The position numbers and the translations under genes were made by a program. From Candidatus Micrarchaeota archaeon (GTDB lineage: Archaea > Micrarchaeota > Micrarchaeia > Anstonellales > Bilamarchaeaceae), in the NCBI GenBank assembly GCA_038046765.1, contig JBBSVN010000003.1, positions 1 to 64,000 on the forward strand: a DNA stretch of 64,000 bases. Direction: 5' to 3'. Shown here piece after piece: positions 40,892 through 50,970 of the stretch. The notes under the pieces were generated by a model, which was not told the origin of the DNA, did not search any database, and saw only the letters and a program-made list of their open reading frames with translations. How positions within the stretch are numbered: the stretch's first letter is position 1; every line of letters starts with the position of its first letter.

Positions 40892-41632
40892 ATGTTTGAA
40901 ATAAAAAATTTATTTGTTAACATTGGTCCAAAAAAAATTATTGATGACTTAAGTCTTAAAATCAACGATGGCGAAGTACATGCGATAATGGGGCCAAACG
41001 GTGCTGGAAAAAGTTCCTTAGCTAATGCGCTTATGGGTTATCCAAAGCTTGAAGTCAGCGGTCAAATAATTCTGGATTCAGATGATATTTCTAGTTTAAA
41101 GGTAAATGAACGCGCGCAAAAAGGGCTATTTTTGGGATTTCAAAATCCGCAGGAAATTGATGGTGTAAACGTTTATAATCTGCTTCGAAAAGCTAAGTTT
41201 GGTGAACAGATCAAGGATAAAAAAATAAATATGGAAGAAATGTTAAAACTCCAAAAATCTGTCGAAGAAATCACCTCTCGTCTTGGTATGGGTAAGGAAT
41301 TTATTAAGCGAGACCTAAATGTCGGGTTTTCAGGTGGAGAAAAGAAACGAAACGAAATGATTCAAATGATATCTTTAGATCCTAAGGTAGTTATTTTAGA
41401 TGAAATTGATTCTGGGTTAGATATAGATGCATTAAGGCATGTTGCAAATGCAATAAATCAAATGCGTTCTGTTGATAAAAAGAAGTGTTTCTTGCTTATT
41501 ACTCACTATGACAGAATTTTAGAACATCTAAAACCGGATTTCGTTCATGTAATGGTTGCTGGAAAAATCGTTCGTAGTGGTGATTATACTCTTGCTAAAG
41601 AAATAGAAGAGAAAGGGTATAAAGAATTTTAG
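40892..41632 (+). CDS. sufC: Fe-S assembly ATPase
   Basis: GPNGAGKS, GFSGGEKKR, DEIDSGLDID. Confidence 0.97.
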   Translation: MFEIKNLFVNIGPKKIIDDLSLKINDGEVHAIMGPNGAGKSSLANALMGYPKLEVSGQIILDSDDISSLKVNERAQKGLFLGFQNPQEIDGVNVYNLLRKAKFGEQIKDKKINMEEMLKLQKSVEEITSRLGMGKEFIKRDLNVGFSGGEKKRNEMIQMISLDPKVVILDEIDSGLDIDALRHVANAINQMRSVDKKKCFLLITHYDRILEHLKPDFVHVMVAGKIVRSGDYTLAKEIEEKGYKEF

Positions 41633-41633
41633 G

Positions 41634-43049
41634 TTGGTACTAATGACAGAAGGAAAAGAAGCTTTGGAATCTTTAAGTAATTACAAGCTAGGTTTTAGCG
41701 ATGACATTAAATATACTTATAGTACTGCGTTAGGCCTAGATGTTGGCACTGTAAAAGATATTTCAAAACACAAAAATGAACCTGAATGGATGCTTGAAAA
41801 AAGACTCCAGGCATACAATATTTTCATTAGTAAAAAAATGCCTGATTGGGGGGCCGATTTAAGCGGAATTAACTTTAAGGATCTTACTTACTACAAAAGT
41901 GTTAATGATAAGAACGTTGATGCTTGGGATATGGTTCCGGATAAAATTAAACAAACTTTCGATAAGATAGGAATTCCCGAAGCGGAAAAGAAATTTTTAA
42001 GTGGTGCCAGTGCGCAATACGATAGCGAAGTAGTTTATCATAATTTAAAGGCCGAGTGGGAAAAACTCGGTGTCATATTTACTGATATGGATAGCGCAGT
42101 TCGGGACTATCCGGAAATTGTCAAGAAGTATTTCGGTACAATAATTCCTGCAACCGATAACAAGTTTGCCGCATTAAACGGTTCAGTTTGGAGTGGCGGT
42201 AGTTTTGTTTATGTTCCAAAAGGAGTTCATGTTCCAATCCCACTTCAAGCTTACTTTAGGATAAACGCGGAAAAAGTCGGTCAGTTCGAAAGAACGATTA
42301 TTATTGCTGAAGAAGGCTCGAGCGTACATTATATCGAGGGTTGCAGTGCCCCAATCTATTCCGCATCTTCATTACATAGCGCCGTAGTTGAACTAATCGC
42401 AGAAAAAGGTGCACACATAAGATATACAACGATCCAAAACTGGAGCGATAATGTTTACAATTTAGTTACCAAGCGGGCGGTTGCTCATGAAAATGCTCTA
42501 GTTGAGTGGTTAGATGGAAATATCGGCTCAAAGGTCACAATGAAGTATCCTAGTATTTATCTAAAAGGAGAAGGCGCAAGGGGCGAAGTTATAAGCGTAG
42601 CTTATGCTGGAAAGGGACAACATCAGGATGCTGGAGCAAAAATATTTCACATGGCTCCAAACACAACCTCAAGAATAATTTCAAAAAGTATCAGTAATCA
42701 TACTGGCAGAACCAGCTATAGAGGAATGGTTAAAATTCTAAAAGGGGCCAAAAAATCAAAGTGCTATGTTCAATGCGATGCTTATATGCTCGATAAGGAT
42801 TCAAGAAGCGACACTTATCCAAACATACAAATTCAGGAACAAGATGCTACGGTTGGTCATGAAGCCAAAGCAGGAAAAATTAGTGATGAAAAATTGTTCT
42901 ATTTAATGTCTCGTGGGCTAAGCGAACAGGAAGCTTTGCAAATGATTGTAATGGGATTTATCGAACCTTTTACAAAAGAACTTCCGTTAGAATATGCAAT
43001 TGAGCTTAATCGGCTTATACAAATTCAATTAGAAGGTGCAGTGGGTTAA
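41634..43049 (+). CDS. sufB: Fe-S assembly protein SufB
   Basis: GQFERT, YIEGCSAP, LPLEYAIELNRLI. Confidence 0.97.
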   Translation: MVLMTEGKEALESLSNYKLGFSDDIKYTYSTALGLDVGTVKDISKHKNEPEWMLEKRLQAYNIFISKKMPDWGADLSGINFKDLTYYKSVNDKNVDAWDMVPDKIKQTFDKIGIPEAEKKFLSGASAQYDSEVVYHNLKAEWEKLGVIFTDMDSAVRDYPEIVKKYFGTIIPATDNKFAALNGSVWSGGSFVYVPKGVHVPIPLQAYFRINAEKVGQFERTIIIAEEGSSVHYIEGCSAPIYSASSLHSAVVELIAEKGAHIRYTTIQNWSDNVYNLVTKRAVAHENALVEWLDGNIGSKVTMKYPSIYLKGEGARGEVISVAYAGKGQHQDAGAKIFHMAPNTTSRIISKSISNHTGRTSYRGMVKILKGAKKSKCYVQCDAYMLDKDSRSDTYPNIQIQEQDATVGHEAKAGKISDEKLFYLMSRGLSEQEALQMIVMGFIEPFTKELPLEYAIELNRLIQIQLEGAVG

Positions 43050-43054
43050 TTAAC

Positions 43055-44194
43055 ATGTTTTCAAGACTTTATCAGGAATATGTTACAATGATTTCAAACT
43101 CAAGAAGTGAACCCGAATGGGTATTAGAAGAACGTTTGCAAGCATTAAGTGCAATTGACAACTTTATTGAAGAAGATAAAAGTCAGAAACTTGCAAATGA
43201 CCTCACTTTTCTTTTTGAAAAAACAAAATCAATTAAAGGAGCTAAAAAAGAAATTCTTGAACATGAAAATATTGGGTTCCTTTCACTAGGGGAAATTCTT
43301 AATAGCAACAAATCAGAATTCTATCAAGAAATATTTCTCAATCGTTTTAATCATTCATTTAGGAATCCCCAAATGGCATTTCTAAATGCTTTTTTTACTG
43401 ACTGTACTTTTTATTTCGTTGATGATAATACAAATGCTCAAATTGCAATCGACTCCCTTTCTGGCCTCAGCCTGAACTTTTTTATACTTGGTAATGATTT
43501 AGATTTTGATTTAATAAACTCCGTAAGTGGTCTAACTATGCAATCAAATGAGTTATATACTGGCGAAAATTGCAACGTTAATTCTCTTATTTATCAGGAT
43601 AACTGCAAGCAAAGTTTCGTTTCCCAAGTAAATCTAATAAATAATTTTAGTACTGTTCACGCTAATGCTTGCTGGTTCGGTGGGGGAAGCGGGGAAATAT
43701 ACAATAAACTTATTGGTACAAATGCCAATGGTTATGACTTAGAAATATTTGTAGCTGATGCAGATAACAAATTACAACTAAATTCTGTTCTTGAACATGC
43801 TCAGTTAGGTACTAAAGGAAATATTCACATCAAAGGAATTGGTAAAGATGTTTCTAGTTCCAAATCCAATGGGATGATAAAAATTAATAAAAATGCTCCA
43901 AAAAGTGAGTCATTTTTGGATCAACACGTAATATTACTTGGTCCAAACGCTATTTCGGAGGCTAACCCAGACCTCGAAGTAGAAAATAACGATGTTTCAT
44001 CAAGACATGCTGCAACTGTGTCTATGCTTGATGAAGATAAGCTTTTTTATCTTAAATCAAGAGGTATTGAAGAAGATTTGGCAAAAGACCTGCTCGTACG
44101 TGGATTTCTTGAGTCTGCAGTAAGAAAAATTAAAAGCGAGCATATGCAAGACTATGTTCTTGCTGTCCTTGAGTCAAAATTGCAAACACAGTAA
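43055..44194 (+). CDS. sufD: Fe-S assembly protein SufD
   Basis: P.LEV.NNDV..RHAATV, LFYLKSRGI. Confidence 0.88.
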   Translation: MFSRLYQEYVTMISNSRSEPEWVLEERLQALSAIDNFIEEDKSQKLANDLTFLFEKTKSIKGAKKEILEHENIGFLSLGEILNSNKSEFYQEIFLNRFNHSFRNPQMAFLNAFFTDCTFYFVDDNTNAQIAIDSLSGLSLNFFILGNDLDFDLINSVSGLTMQSNELYTGENCNVNSLIYQDNCKQSFVSQVNLINNFSTVHANACWFGGGSGEIYNKLIGTNANGYDLEIFVADADNKLQLNSVLEHAQLGTKGNIHIKGIGKDVSSSKSNGMIKINKNAPKSESFLDQHVILLGPNAISEANPDLEVENNDVSSRHAATVSMLDEDKLFYLKSRGIEEDLAKDLLVRGFLESAVRKIKSEHMQDYVLAVLESKLQTQ

Positions 44195-44323
44195 TTTTAG
44201 TGATTTACATTAAATTTCCAAAAAACCACTAGTTTAAAAACTTATCCTCGAATATTATATATAACTAGTCTTATCTTTAGTCACGTTCTTAAATGTGGCG
44301 AGGCGTAAGCCGGAGGTTTTGAA

Positions 44324-44683
44324 ATGAAAAAAATAAAAAAAGTATTTAAAAGCAACAACGTTTTATCTGCTCTTATAAATAAACTTAATATGAGCCAAAA
44401 CGCAATATGGAAAAAGGTAGCTTATGAATTAAATAGGCCAAGAAGGAGTCAGGTAGAAGTAAACCTAAGTAAGCTTTCTACGATTGTAAAAGAAGGAGAT
44501 ACTGTACTTGTACCAGGGAAAGTTCTTGGATCAGGAAATCTTGATAAAAAAGTCACGATTGCAGCATTTTCTTTCACAAAAAGTGCATCAATGCTTTTAG
44601 CGAAAACTGGTTCTAAACAGGTTTCTTTTGAAAAACTTCTAGAATCAAATCCATCTGGAAAAGGAATTATTATTGTTAAATAA
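44324..44683 (+). CDS. rpl18e: 50S ribosomal protein eL18
   Basis: VNLSKL, VPGKVLGSG. Confidence 0.96.
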   Translation: MKKIKKVFKSNNVLSALINKLNMSQNAIWKKVAYELNRPRRSQVEVNLSKLSTIVKEGDTVLVPGKVLGSGNLDKKVTIAAFSFTKSASMLLAKTGSKQVSFEKLLESNPSGKGIIIVK

Positions 44684-44695
44684 GGTGTATTTGGA

Positions 44696-45109
44696 ATGTT
44701 AACTATTGACGGTAATGGTCTGGTATTAGGAAGAGTAGCGACACAAATTGCAAAAAAATTAATCCAAGGGGAAGAAGTTCACCTTGTAAATTGTGAAAAA
44801 ATAATTATCACTGGAAATGAAAAAGAAATAACTGAACACTATACTCAAAGAAGAAGGTTGCAGAACAAAGGTACTCCTGAAAAGTCGCCTGTGTGGCCAA
44901 AAGTTCCTAATTTACTTGTAAGAAGAATTATTCGAGGTATGTTACCATGGAAAAGTTCTAGGGGTAAAATTGCTTTTAGACGATTGCGTGTTTATGTTGC
45001 AAATCCAAAAAATATGGCTGCGGTTACAGTAGATGTTGCAAAACCAGCTTCGATTTCAAAGTTTATAACTATAGAAAATTTGTGTGTAGCCTTAGGTTAT
45101 GCAAAGTAA
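44696..45109 (+). CDS. rpl13: 50S ribosomal protein uL13
   Basis: VLGRVA, RRIIRGMLP. Confidence 0.96.
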   Translation: MLTIDGNGLVLGRVATQIAKKLIQGEEVHLVNCEKIIITGNEKEITEHYTQRRRLQNKGTPEKSPVWPKVPNLLVRRIIRGMLPWKSSRGKIAFRRLRVYVANPKNMAAVTVDVAKPASISKFITIENLCVALGYAK

Positions 45110-45126
45110 AATAATGGTGAATACTT

Positions 45127-45804
45127 ATGGTTGAAGAATCTAAAGATAAGAAAACAAAAGAAATTAAGGAACAAAAGAGACCAAGAAAAGTAAAAGATAC
45201 AAAAGATGCTCCAAAGGAAGTGTCTAGTGTTTCTGTAGAAACAAAAGAAAACCTTTCTGTTGCTACTCCTGTTGTTCATTCAAAAGCTGCTTCAATAAAC
45301 GATCAAGTAAAAGAAGTTAAAACAGAAGCTAAAACCGAAGTACAACCAGTACCTCAAGAAGAGAAAGCTAAAAAAGTTCCAAGAAAAAAATCAAAGAAAT
45401 CTGACAAAGCAACAATAAGTAGAGGTAAGCGAAAGGAAAGTGTTGCAAGGGCCACTGTTGTAAAAGGTAAAGGTCAGGTCAGAATAAATCACAGGAGCTT
45501 GGAGTCTTATTATAATAATAAGTATGTTCGTGCGATTGCAATCGAACCACTTCATTTACTAGGAGATCGATCAAAAGAAATAAACGTTTCAATAACGGTA
45601 AATGGTGGCGGAGTAATGGGTCAGGCTCAGGCCGCAAGAAATGCAATTGCAAATGCTCTGGTAGGGTACTTTGAAGATGACACATTAAAACAGATGTTTA
45701 TTAACTTTGACCGAACCTTGCTAATTGAAGATGTAAGGCGTGTTGAGTCAAAGAAATACAAGGGTCCAAAAGCAAGAGCAAGATACCAAAAATCTTACAG
45801 GTAA
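45127..45804 (+). CDS. rps9: 30S ribosomal protein uS9 with long N-terminal extension
   Basis: GKRKESVARA, GGGVMGQA, ARARYQKSYR. Confidence 0.96.
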   Translation: MVEESKDKKTKEIKEQKRPRKVKDTKDAPKEVSSVSVETKENLSVATPVVHSKAASINDQVKEVKTEAKTEVQPVPQEEKAKKVPRKKSKKSDKATISRGKRKESVARATVVKGKGQVRINHRSLESYYNNKYVRAIAIEPLHLLGDRSKEINVSITVNGGGVMGQAQAARNAIANALVGYFEDDTLKQMFINFDRTLLIEDVRRVESKKYKGPKARARYQKSYR

Positions 45805-45876
45805 TCTGTTTTCTGGATTTTTATTTATTTTTTATTTTATTATCTTTCGCAAGTTTATATTTGAGGTGCAAATACG

Positions 45877-46074
45877 ATGGAGTTTCCAATACGATGTTTT
45901 ACATGTGGTGCAATAATCGGCGATTTATACGAACAGTATAAAAACGGTTTAAAAGCAAAAAGTACTGCTGAAGAAACATTAAATAGTATGGGTATCGATA
46001 GATACTGCTGCAGAAGAATGTTCATTTCACACGTTGAATTAATTCAGGGTATATCTAAGTACTCAAGAATTTAA
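45877..46074 (+). CDS. rpoN: RNA polymerase subunit Rpo10 (N)
   Basis: PIRCFTCG, RYCCRRM. Confidence 0.97.
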   Translation: MEFPIRCFTCGAIIGDLYEQYKNGLKAKSTAEETLNSMGIDRYCCRRMFISHVELIQGISKYSRI

Positions 46075-46103
46075 CTGTGCTTGTATTTCCCTTTTATTTT
46101 TAA

Positions 46104-46221
46104 GGGGCTGTGAGGTAACCTGGTATCCTGCAAGCTTGGGGTGTTTGTTATCTGTGTTCAAAAGTTATCGTTTCCAGAACCCAAAACTGAAAACAGAAAA
46201 CTGATTTTCACGGCGGCCCCA
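46104..46221 (+). tRNA. tRNA-Pro(GGG) with 45-nt intron (46163-46207) in the T-loop; CCA not encoded
   Basis: Acceptor GGGGCTG/CGGCCCC, anticodon arm CAAGC-TTGGGGT-GTTTG, T-arm CTGTG-TTCAAA[intron]T-CACGG; usual position after rpoN. Confidence 0.92.
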
Positions 46222-46333
46222 TAAATTTAATATAATAAACTAGAAATAATTCACATAAAAATAAGTTAATTTTTTAAATTTCATGTTTATATCTCGCGGT
46301 CAAACGCGATTTATTAAAGGAAAGGTGTAACAT

Positions 46334-46966
46334 ATGGCTGAAAAACCAACTATGCTTGTAAAGCAAGAAACTTATCTGTAAGCGGGGGTACATATAGGTA
46401 CCAAAATAAGGACTAATGATATGGAAGAATTCATCTTCAAAAGAAGGGATGATGGCCTATATATATTAGATTTAAGAAAAGCAGATGAAAGGCTTTTACT
46501 AGCGTCAAAATTACTTTCAAAATACAAACCAGAAGATGTATTAGTAGTAGCATCACGTACTTACTCTGGTAATCCAGCAAGTAAATTTGCAGCATTAACT
46601 GGCGTTGACTTAATTAGAGGAAGATTTATACCTGGAACTATGACAAATTTAGACTACAAAAACTTCAAGGAACCAAGTGTCATTTTTGTATGTGATCCAA
46701 AAGGAGAAAAAGAAGCAATCGTAGAAGCTTCTAGGAATGGAATTCCAATTATCTCATTAGCAGATACAGATAACGAAACAAAATTCCTGGATTTAGTAAT
46801 TCCGATTAATAATAAAGGTAAAAAATCTTTGGCATTGGTATTTTATATATTATCAAGAGAACTTATGCTTTCACAAGGTAAAATAAAATCTTATGAAGAG
46901 TTCCCACATGAAATCTCTTACTTTGAGCAGACTGAAGTGCCAAAAGAAGAACCAAAGAAGCAATAA
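46334..46966 (+). CDS. rps2: 30S ribosomal protein uS2, interrupted by in-frame TAA at codon 16 (46379-46381)
   Basis: MAEKPTMLVKQETYL*AGVHIGTK continues in frame into the track ORF (GRFIPGTMTN, PINNKG). Confidence 0.93.
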
Positions 46967-47035
46967 TTTTATCTTTTTTTATTTTCTATTATTTTTTTAT
47001 TGGTTTTATTTTTCTGGTTTTATTTCGTAGAAATT

Positions 47036-47698
47036 CTATAATATTTTTTCTATTTCCTCCAATTTTTCTATTTTAAATTTAGCTTCCGATAAATCTAAGT
47101 TTTTGTTTATTTTTGTGATTAATGCAATACTTTTCATTCCTGCTTTATTTGCGCCTTTTATTCCAGCTGGAGCATCTTCAATTACAATACATTCTTGTGG
47201 TGCGATCTCAAGTTTCTTGGCTGCCCTTAGAAATATTTCTGGATTTGGTTTGCTATTTTTTATTTCATCTCCTGCTACGATTATATCAAAAAATTCTTCT
47301 ATTTTAAGACCAACAAGAACCATCTTAATCCATCTTCTTGGTGATGATGATGCAACAGCTAGTTTGAGATTCTTTGTTTTTAAATTTTTGAGTAATTTCT
47401 GGAGTTTTTTATCCTCTTTTAAGTTTTTTTGTAGTATTTCCTCATAAATAGGTCGTTCGATTCTTTGGAGTTCTTCGACAGTCGTATTTATATTATACTT
47501 TTTTATAATTTCAGTCCAGAATGCTCTTTCGTTCCAACCTAAATATTCTATCAATTCCTTTTTTGTTATTTTATGTCCAAATTGTTTGACTGTTTGTATT
47601 TCGGCCTTAAAATGTAAATCTTGGGAGTCAATAAGCACACCATCCATGTCGAAAATTATTGCCTTTACTATAAATTCTTTCATAATCAGGCTGTACAT
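47036..47698 (-). CDS. HAD-family phosphatase (beta-PGM/CbbY-like)
   Basis: FDMDGVLIDS, ASSS, KPNPE, IEDAPAG. Confidence 0.93.
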   Translation of the reverse strand: MYSLIMKEFIVKAIIFDMDGVLIDSQDLHFKAEIQTVKQFGHKITKKELIEYLGWNERAFWTEIIKKYNINTTVEELQRIERPIYEEILQKNLKEDKKLQKLLKNLKTKNLKLAVASSSPRRWIKMVLVGLKIEEFFDIIVAGDEIKNSKPNPEIFLRAAKKLEIAPQECIVIEDAPAGIKGANKAGMKSIALITKINKNLDLSEAKFKIEKLEEIEKIL

Positions 47699-47734
47699 TT
47701 ATCTTTTTTAAAACGTTGCTTTGTCGGAGGTTTT

Positions 47735-48472
47735 CTAGTCAAGTTTTATGTTCTTTCTCTTTTCCTTATACCCCCATTCTAAAAGTGTTTTCAAATTCTC
47801 TACATCTGCAGCATTATACCTAACTAATTTGTCCAATGCTTCTAAATCGTTGTTCTTTTTGTATTTTTTCCATAGAATTACTGCGTCATAACCATTCATT
47901 CCTTTAAGATCATCTTCTCTTTCTAAACCAAACTGCGCTTCTATTTTTTTAAGTCCGCCCCGAACTCCTAATGAAGATAATAAAAATCTGGTATCAACAT
48001 GTAAACTTGGGACTTTTGCTTGCGGGATATCTCTTCTTATAAAAGGAATATCAAAGAGTGATCCGTTAAATGTTACGACCATTTCGTATTCTTTAATATC
48101 CTCTACAAATTGATCTAAGTTCTTCCCATGAACATAACTGTGCGTTTTACTTCCGTCAAATAATCCAATTACTGTTGTATAATCTCTGTGCTTAGAAATT
48201 CCAGTTGTTTCAATGTCTAAATAAGCGATTTTATTAAAATAAGGAAATGCTCGCCATGCTTCTCTTCTAGGTAGGGTGTTTCCAAAATATTCCGCGTTCT
48301 TGTTTGCAAGTGCCTCCCTAGATGCATGGATAATTGCGCAGTGTTCTATATGATCTTGCGAATTAGAAAAATTATCGATGTAGTCATTCCAGTTTTTAAC
48401 ACCATTTTCCCATAATGCACGTTCTTTTTTCTCTCCGAATTTTGGTAAATGAATAAATGTATTTTCTAGCAT
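47735..48472 (-). CDS. RNase H-like (YprB-type) exonuclease
   Basis: YLDIETTG, TFNGSLFDIP, GGLKKIE, YNAADV. Confidence 0.9.
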   Translation of the reverse strand: MLENTFIHLPKFGEKKERALWENGVKNWNDYIDNFSNSQDHIEHCAIIHASREALANKNAEYFGNTLPRREAWRAFPYFNKIAYLDIETTGISKHRDYTTVIGLFDGSKTHSYVHGKNLDQFVEDIKEYEMVVTFNGSLFDIPFIRRDIPQAKVPSLHVDTRFLLSSLGVRGGLKKIEAQFGLEREDDLKGMNGYDAVILWKKYKKNNDLEALDKLVRYNAADVENLKTLLEWGYKEKRKNIKLD

Positions 48473-48511
48473 ACGGGGGATTAAGCAGATTAGAATTAAA
48501 TATCTGTTTAC

Positions 48512-49081
48512 TTAATTTTTGCTTTTGGAAGGGTTATAAAGATCAAATCGAAAACTTACTGTTTCTCTTTTGGGGTCTTTATTATAAATGAGGTTTTCGA
48601 CAAACCCATTCTTTCTATAGAAGCGTAATGCGTGTTCATTTTTCTTTGAATCCACTGTTATAAATCGCGATGCTATATTCTCTTGGCTATTTCTAACAAT
48701 TCCGATTATTACTTCTAAAATTGTTTTTCCCAGTCCTTTTTTGGCATATCTTTCATCTACTGCAAGTCTACCTATTTTTACAGAAGGGAATGATTTATAC
48801 GGAATTCCTGCAGCTTCAAACTTACTTCGTTCTTCATCTGCTAATCTTATTGAATCGGTTTGTAGCGAAAAGTAACCTATGATCTTTTTTTCTTCGTATA
48901 TTATCAATGTTGATTGGGTAACCATCTGTTCTCTATGTTTTTCTAGTTCTTCTCTTAAAAATTCGTCTAAATCTGTATTTCCACAATTAAAATCAGATTC
49001 TTTTATTAGTGGACTTAGCAGTTGGGTGTATTTGACGAAACTTATTTTGTTAAAATCTAAAGCTTCGTCCATTTTTATCAC
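48512..49081 (-). CDS. GNAT acetyltransferase toxin
   Basis: FNCGNTDLDEFL, PSVKIGRLAVD, RFITVDS, FYRKNGF. Confidence 0.88.
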   Translation of the reverse strand: MIKMDEALDFNKISFVKYTQLLSPLIKESDFNCGNTDLDEFLREELEKHREQMVTQSTLIIYEEKKIIGYFSLQTDSIRLADEERSKFEAAGIPYKSFPSVKIGRLAVDERYAKKGLGKTILEVIIGIVRNSQENIASRFITVDSKKNEHALRFYRKNGFVENLIYNKDPKRETVSFRFDLYNPSKSKN

Positions 49082-49090
49082 TAGCTAAAG

Positions 49091-49246
49091 CTATTCTTGT
49101 TTCTTAATATACTTCTTGTAAGCTTTATCCGCATTCTTTAGTAGTTGCTCTTTTTTTTCGCTGTATTCCACATTTTTTAAAGATGCGATAAATGCTTCTG
49201 CATCTTTGCCATGTAAAACAGGAGTTGATTCTATTGGTTTAGCCAC
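49091..49246 (-). CDS. 51-aa putative antitoxin of the GNAT toxin (not in ORF track)
   Basis: AGGTGA RBS, GTG start, MAKPIESTPVLHGKDAEAFIASL...; directly upstream of the GNAT. Confidence 0.8.
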   Translation of the reverse strand: MAKPIESTPVLHGKDAEAFIASLKNVEYSEKKEQLLKNADKAYKKYIKKQE

Positions 49247-49330
49247 ATATTTCACCTATTTATAATATATAATTATAATCTTTAGTCTATTTAATGGTTG
49301 GTTTAGTTAAAAATTAAAATTAGATGTGAA

Positions 49331-49433
49331 CCGCACAAGCCGCACAAGTTACCCTGCCGAATCCTATACGGATATACGCAATCAAACATTGCGTATAGAT
49401 CGAGACCGGAACGCTTCATGGTCTCGAGATATT
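49331..49433. repeat. multi-hairpin intergenic element
   Basis: CCGCACAAG tandem; TATACGCAAT/ATTGCGTATA; TCGAGACC/GGTCTCGA; ends GATATT. Confidence 0.6.
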
Positions 49434-49584
49434 TAATCACAATATATTCAAGCAATACTTATTTAAATCCAGAGAATTTTATTTAGTTATTTAAAATTCT
49501 CTAGCTATCAAAATATTAAACATATTTTGACATATTTTTGTTTTTTACAGAAATTGACAGAAAGAGAAACTGCTTATTTTTGAT

Positions 49585-50652
49585 TTATCCAAGCTTTCTT
49601 ATAGCTTTAGCCAACTCTTTTGCATCTACTTCAAACATATGTGATTTGTATCTATCTGTTTTATTCAAATAAAGTTTTCCAAATGCCCCAGTAATTTCAA
49701 CTCCTCGATCTCCTCTTAATTCTTCAAATGTTTCTCTTTTAACTACATGCCATTTCCTAAAATCAAAGAATCCTAAGATTTCCTTATCTATGAACCAAAT
49801 TGTATTGGTTTCATGGTCATAGTAAGGCGGTGCGGCATCAAACCAATTCTTATTTGGTGAAATCGTTAGCGGGTGCATCTCCATTTTCTTTCTTTTGTAA
49901 TCCTTAAAAATCAGTCTAAAAATTATTTGGTCTGTTTGGACTAGATAACTCTCATTTTGTAGGTCCGTTATCTTAACTATATTTGGTCTGCCAGATTCAA
50001 AAATAAATTTTTCACCAGTTTTAGTGTTAAATATCCATAATCCGGTTGCGGGCACAGAAGCTGGCCCCGGAAATCCTATGATCATACTACTAGATCCAAT
50101 TAAAACATTTTCTTGATCTAAATTTACAAAACCACGAAAATCTGTAAATCCATCTATTTTTGGTTCTGTTTGTAGTCCATCTCCAAAAATTACAATTTCT
50201 GTAAATCCATCTTGACTGTACTTTACTGTAAAAAAATTTCCGTTTCTATCAAAACCTAATAATCTTGATATAACTAAATCTCCTTCTCTGACAAAATTAA
50301 CCCCCCATGCTTCACTAACTATTTCTGCCTCTCTAAATTCCTTTGGTCTAGAAATTAAATAAGAAAGTCTTGGGTCAATATAATCTCCAGTTAATGCAGG
50401 CATAGTTTGCTCATGAATTAATCTGGGTTCTGTTCCTTCTTTTTCTAATTGGTAACATCTTAAATTATGTGCAAAAAAATCTTCTTTTTCCGCTTCATTT
50501 GCATTTTTGTGTTTTTCTAGTACTTCTTCGATTCTTAGTTTTGTAAGTTCGTCTTTGTATTTTCTAGTCATTACAATTAAATCCTTTGGCCTTCGTAATA
50601 CGATGTCTAACTGTTCACCAACAAAAAGTTTTTTTAAATTAGGTCTAGACAT
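49585..50652 (-). CDS. hypothetical protein (orphan, beta-rich C-terminal part)
   Basis: 355-aa ORF, no recognised motif. Confidence 0.75.
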   Translation of the reverse strand: MSRPNLKKLFVGEQLDIVLRRPKDLIVMTRKYKDELTKLRIEEVLEKHKNANEAEKEDFFAHNLRCYQLEKEGTEPRLIHEQTMPALTGDYIDPRLSYLISRPKEFREAEIVSEAWGVNFVREGDLVISRLLGFDRNGNFFTVKYSQDGFTEIVIFGDGLQTEPKIDGFTDFRGFVNLDQENVLIGSSSMIIGFPGPASVPATGLWIFNTKTGEKFIFESGRPNIVKITDLQNESYLVQTDQIIFRLIFKDYKRKKMEMHPLTISPNKNWFDAAPPYYDHETNTIWFIDKEILGFFDFRKWHVVKRETFEELRGDRGVEITGAFGKLYLNKTDRYKSHMFEVDAKELAKAIRKLG

Positions 50653-50762
50653 AAAATCTCTTTAAATAAAACTTCTTAAAAATTAGCGTTTTTTATTTCC
50701 TAGAGCACCTTCCCCAAATATTCTCCAGTATGCGTCCCGCTCCTATTTTCCCATTCCTGTAT

Positions 50763-50917
50763 ATACTCGTCCAAATAAGTTTTACCGATTCCCAAATCTG
50801 AGGTTATAGAAGTTGGACGAGTATGTCATGAAGAAACGTCTTCATGAGCATGCTCGCGAATCCGTCTGGTGTTCGCGACATAGATCGAGTCGAGTTTTTT
50901 ACTTGACTCGGGATATT
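50763..50917. repeat. four-hairpin intergenic element
   Basis: ATACTCGTCCAA/TTGGACGAGTAT, TCATGAAGA/TCTTCATGA, TCGCGAA/TTCGCGA, CGAGTCGAGT/ACTTGACTCG; ends GATATT. Confidence 0.65.
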
Positions 50918-50970
50918 GTTACTTAACAATTCCCATTTATATCTAAAATTGGGTATTCTCATTACCCATT

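Noticed and set aside
46379..46381. Genome-wide stop-codon reassignment
   Set aside because: TAA, TAG and TGA all end genes at plausible positions; only one internal stop was seen.
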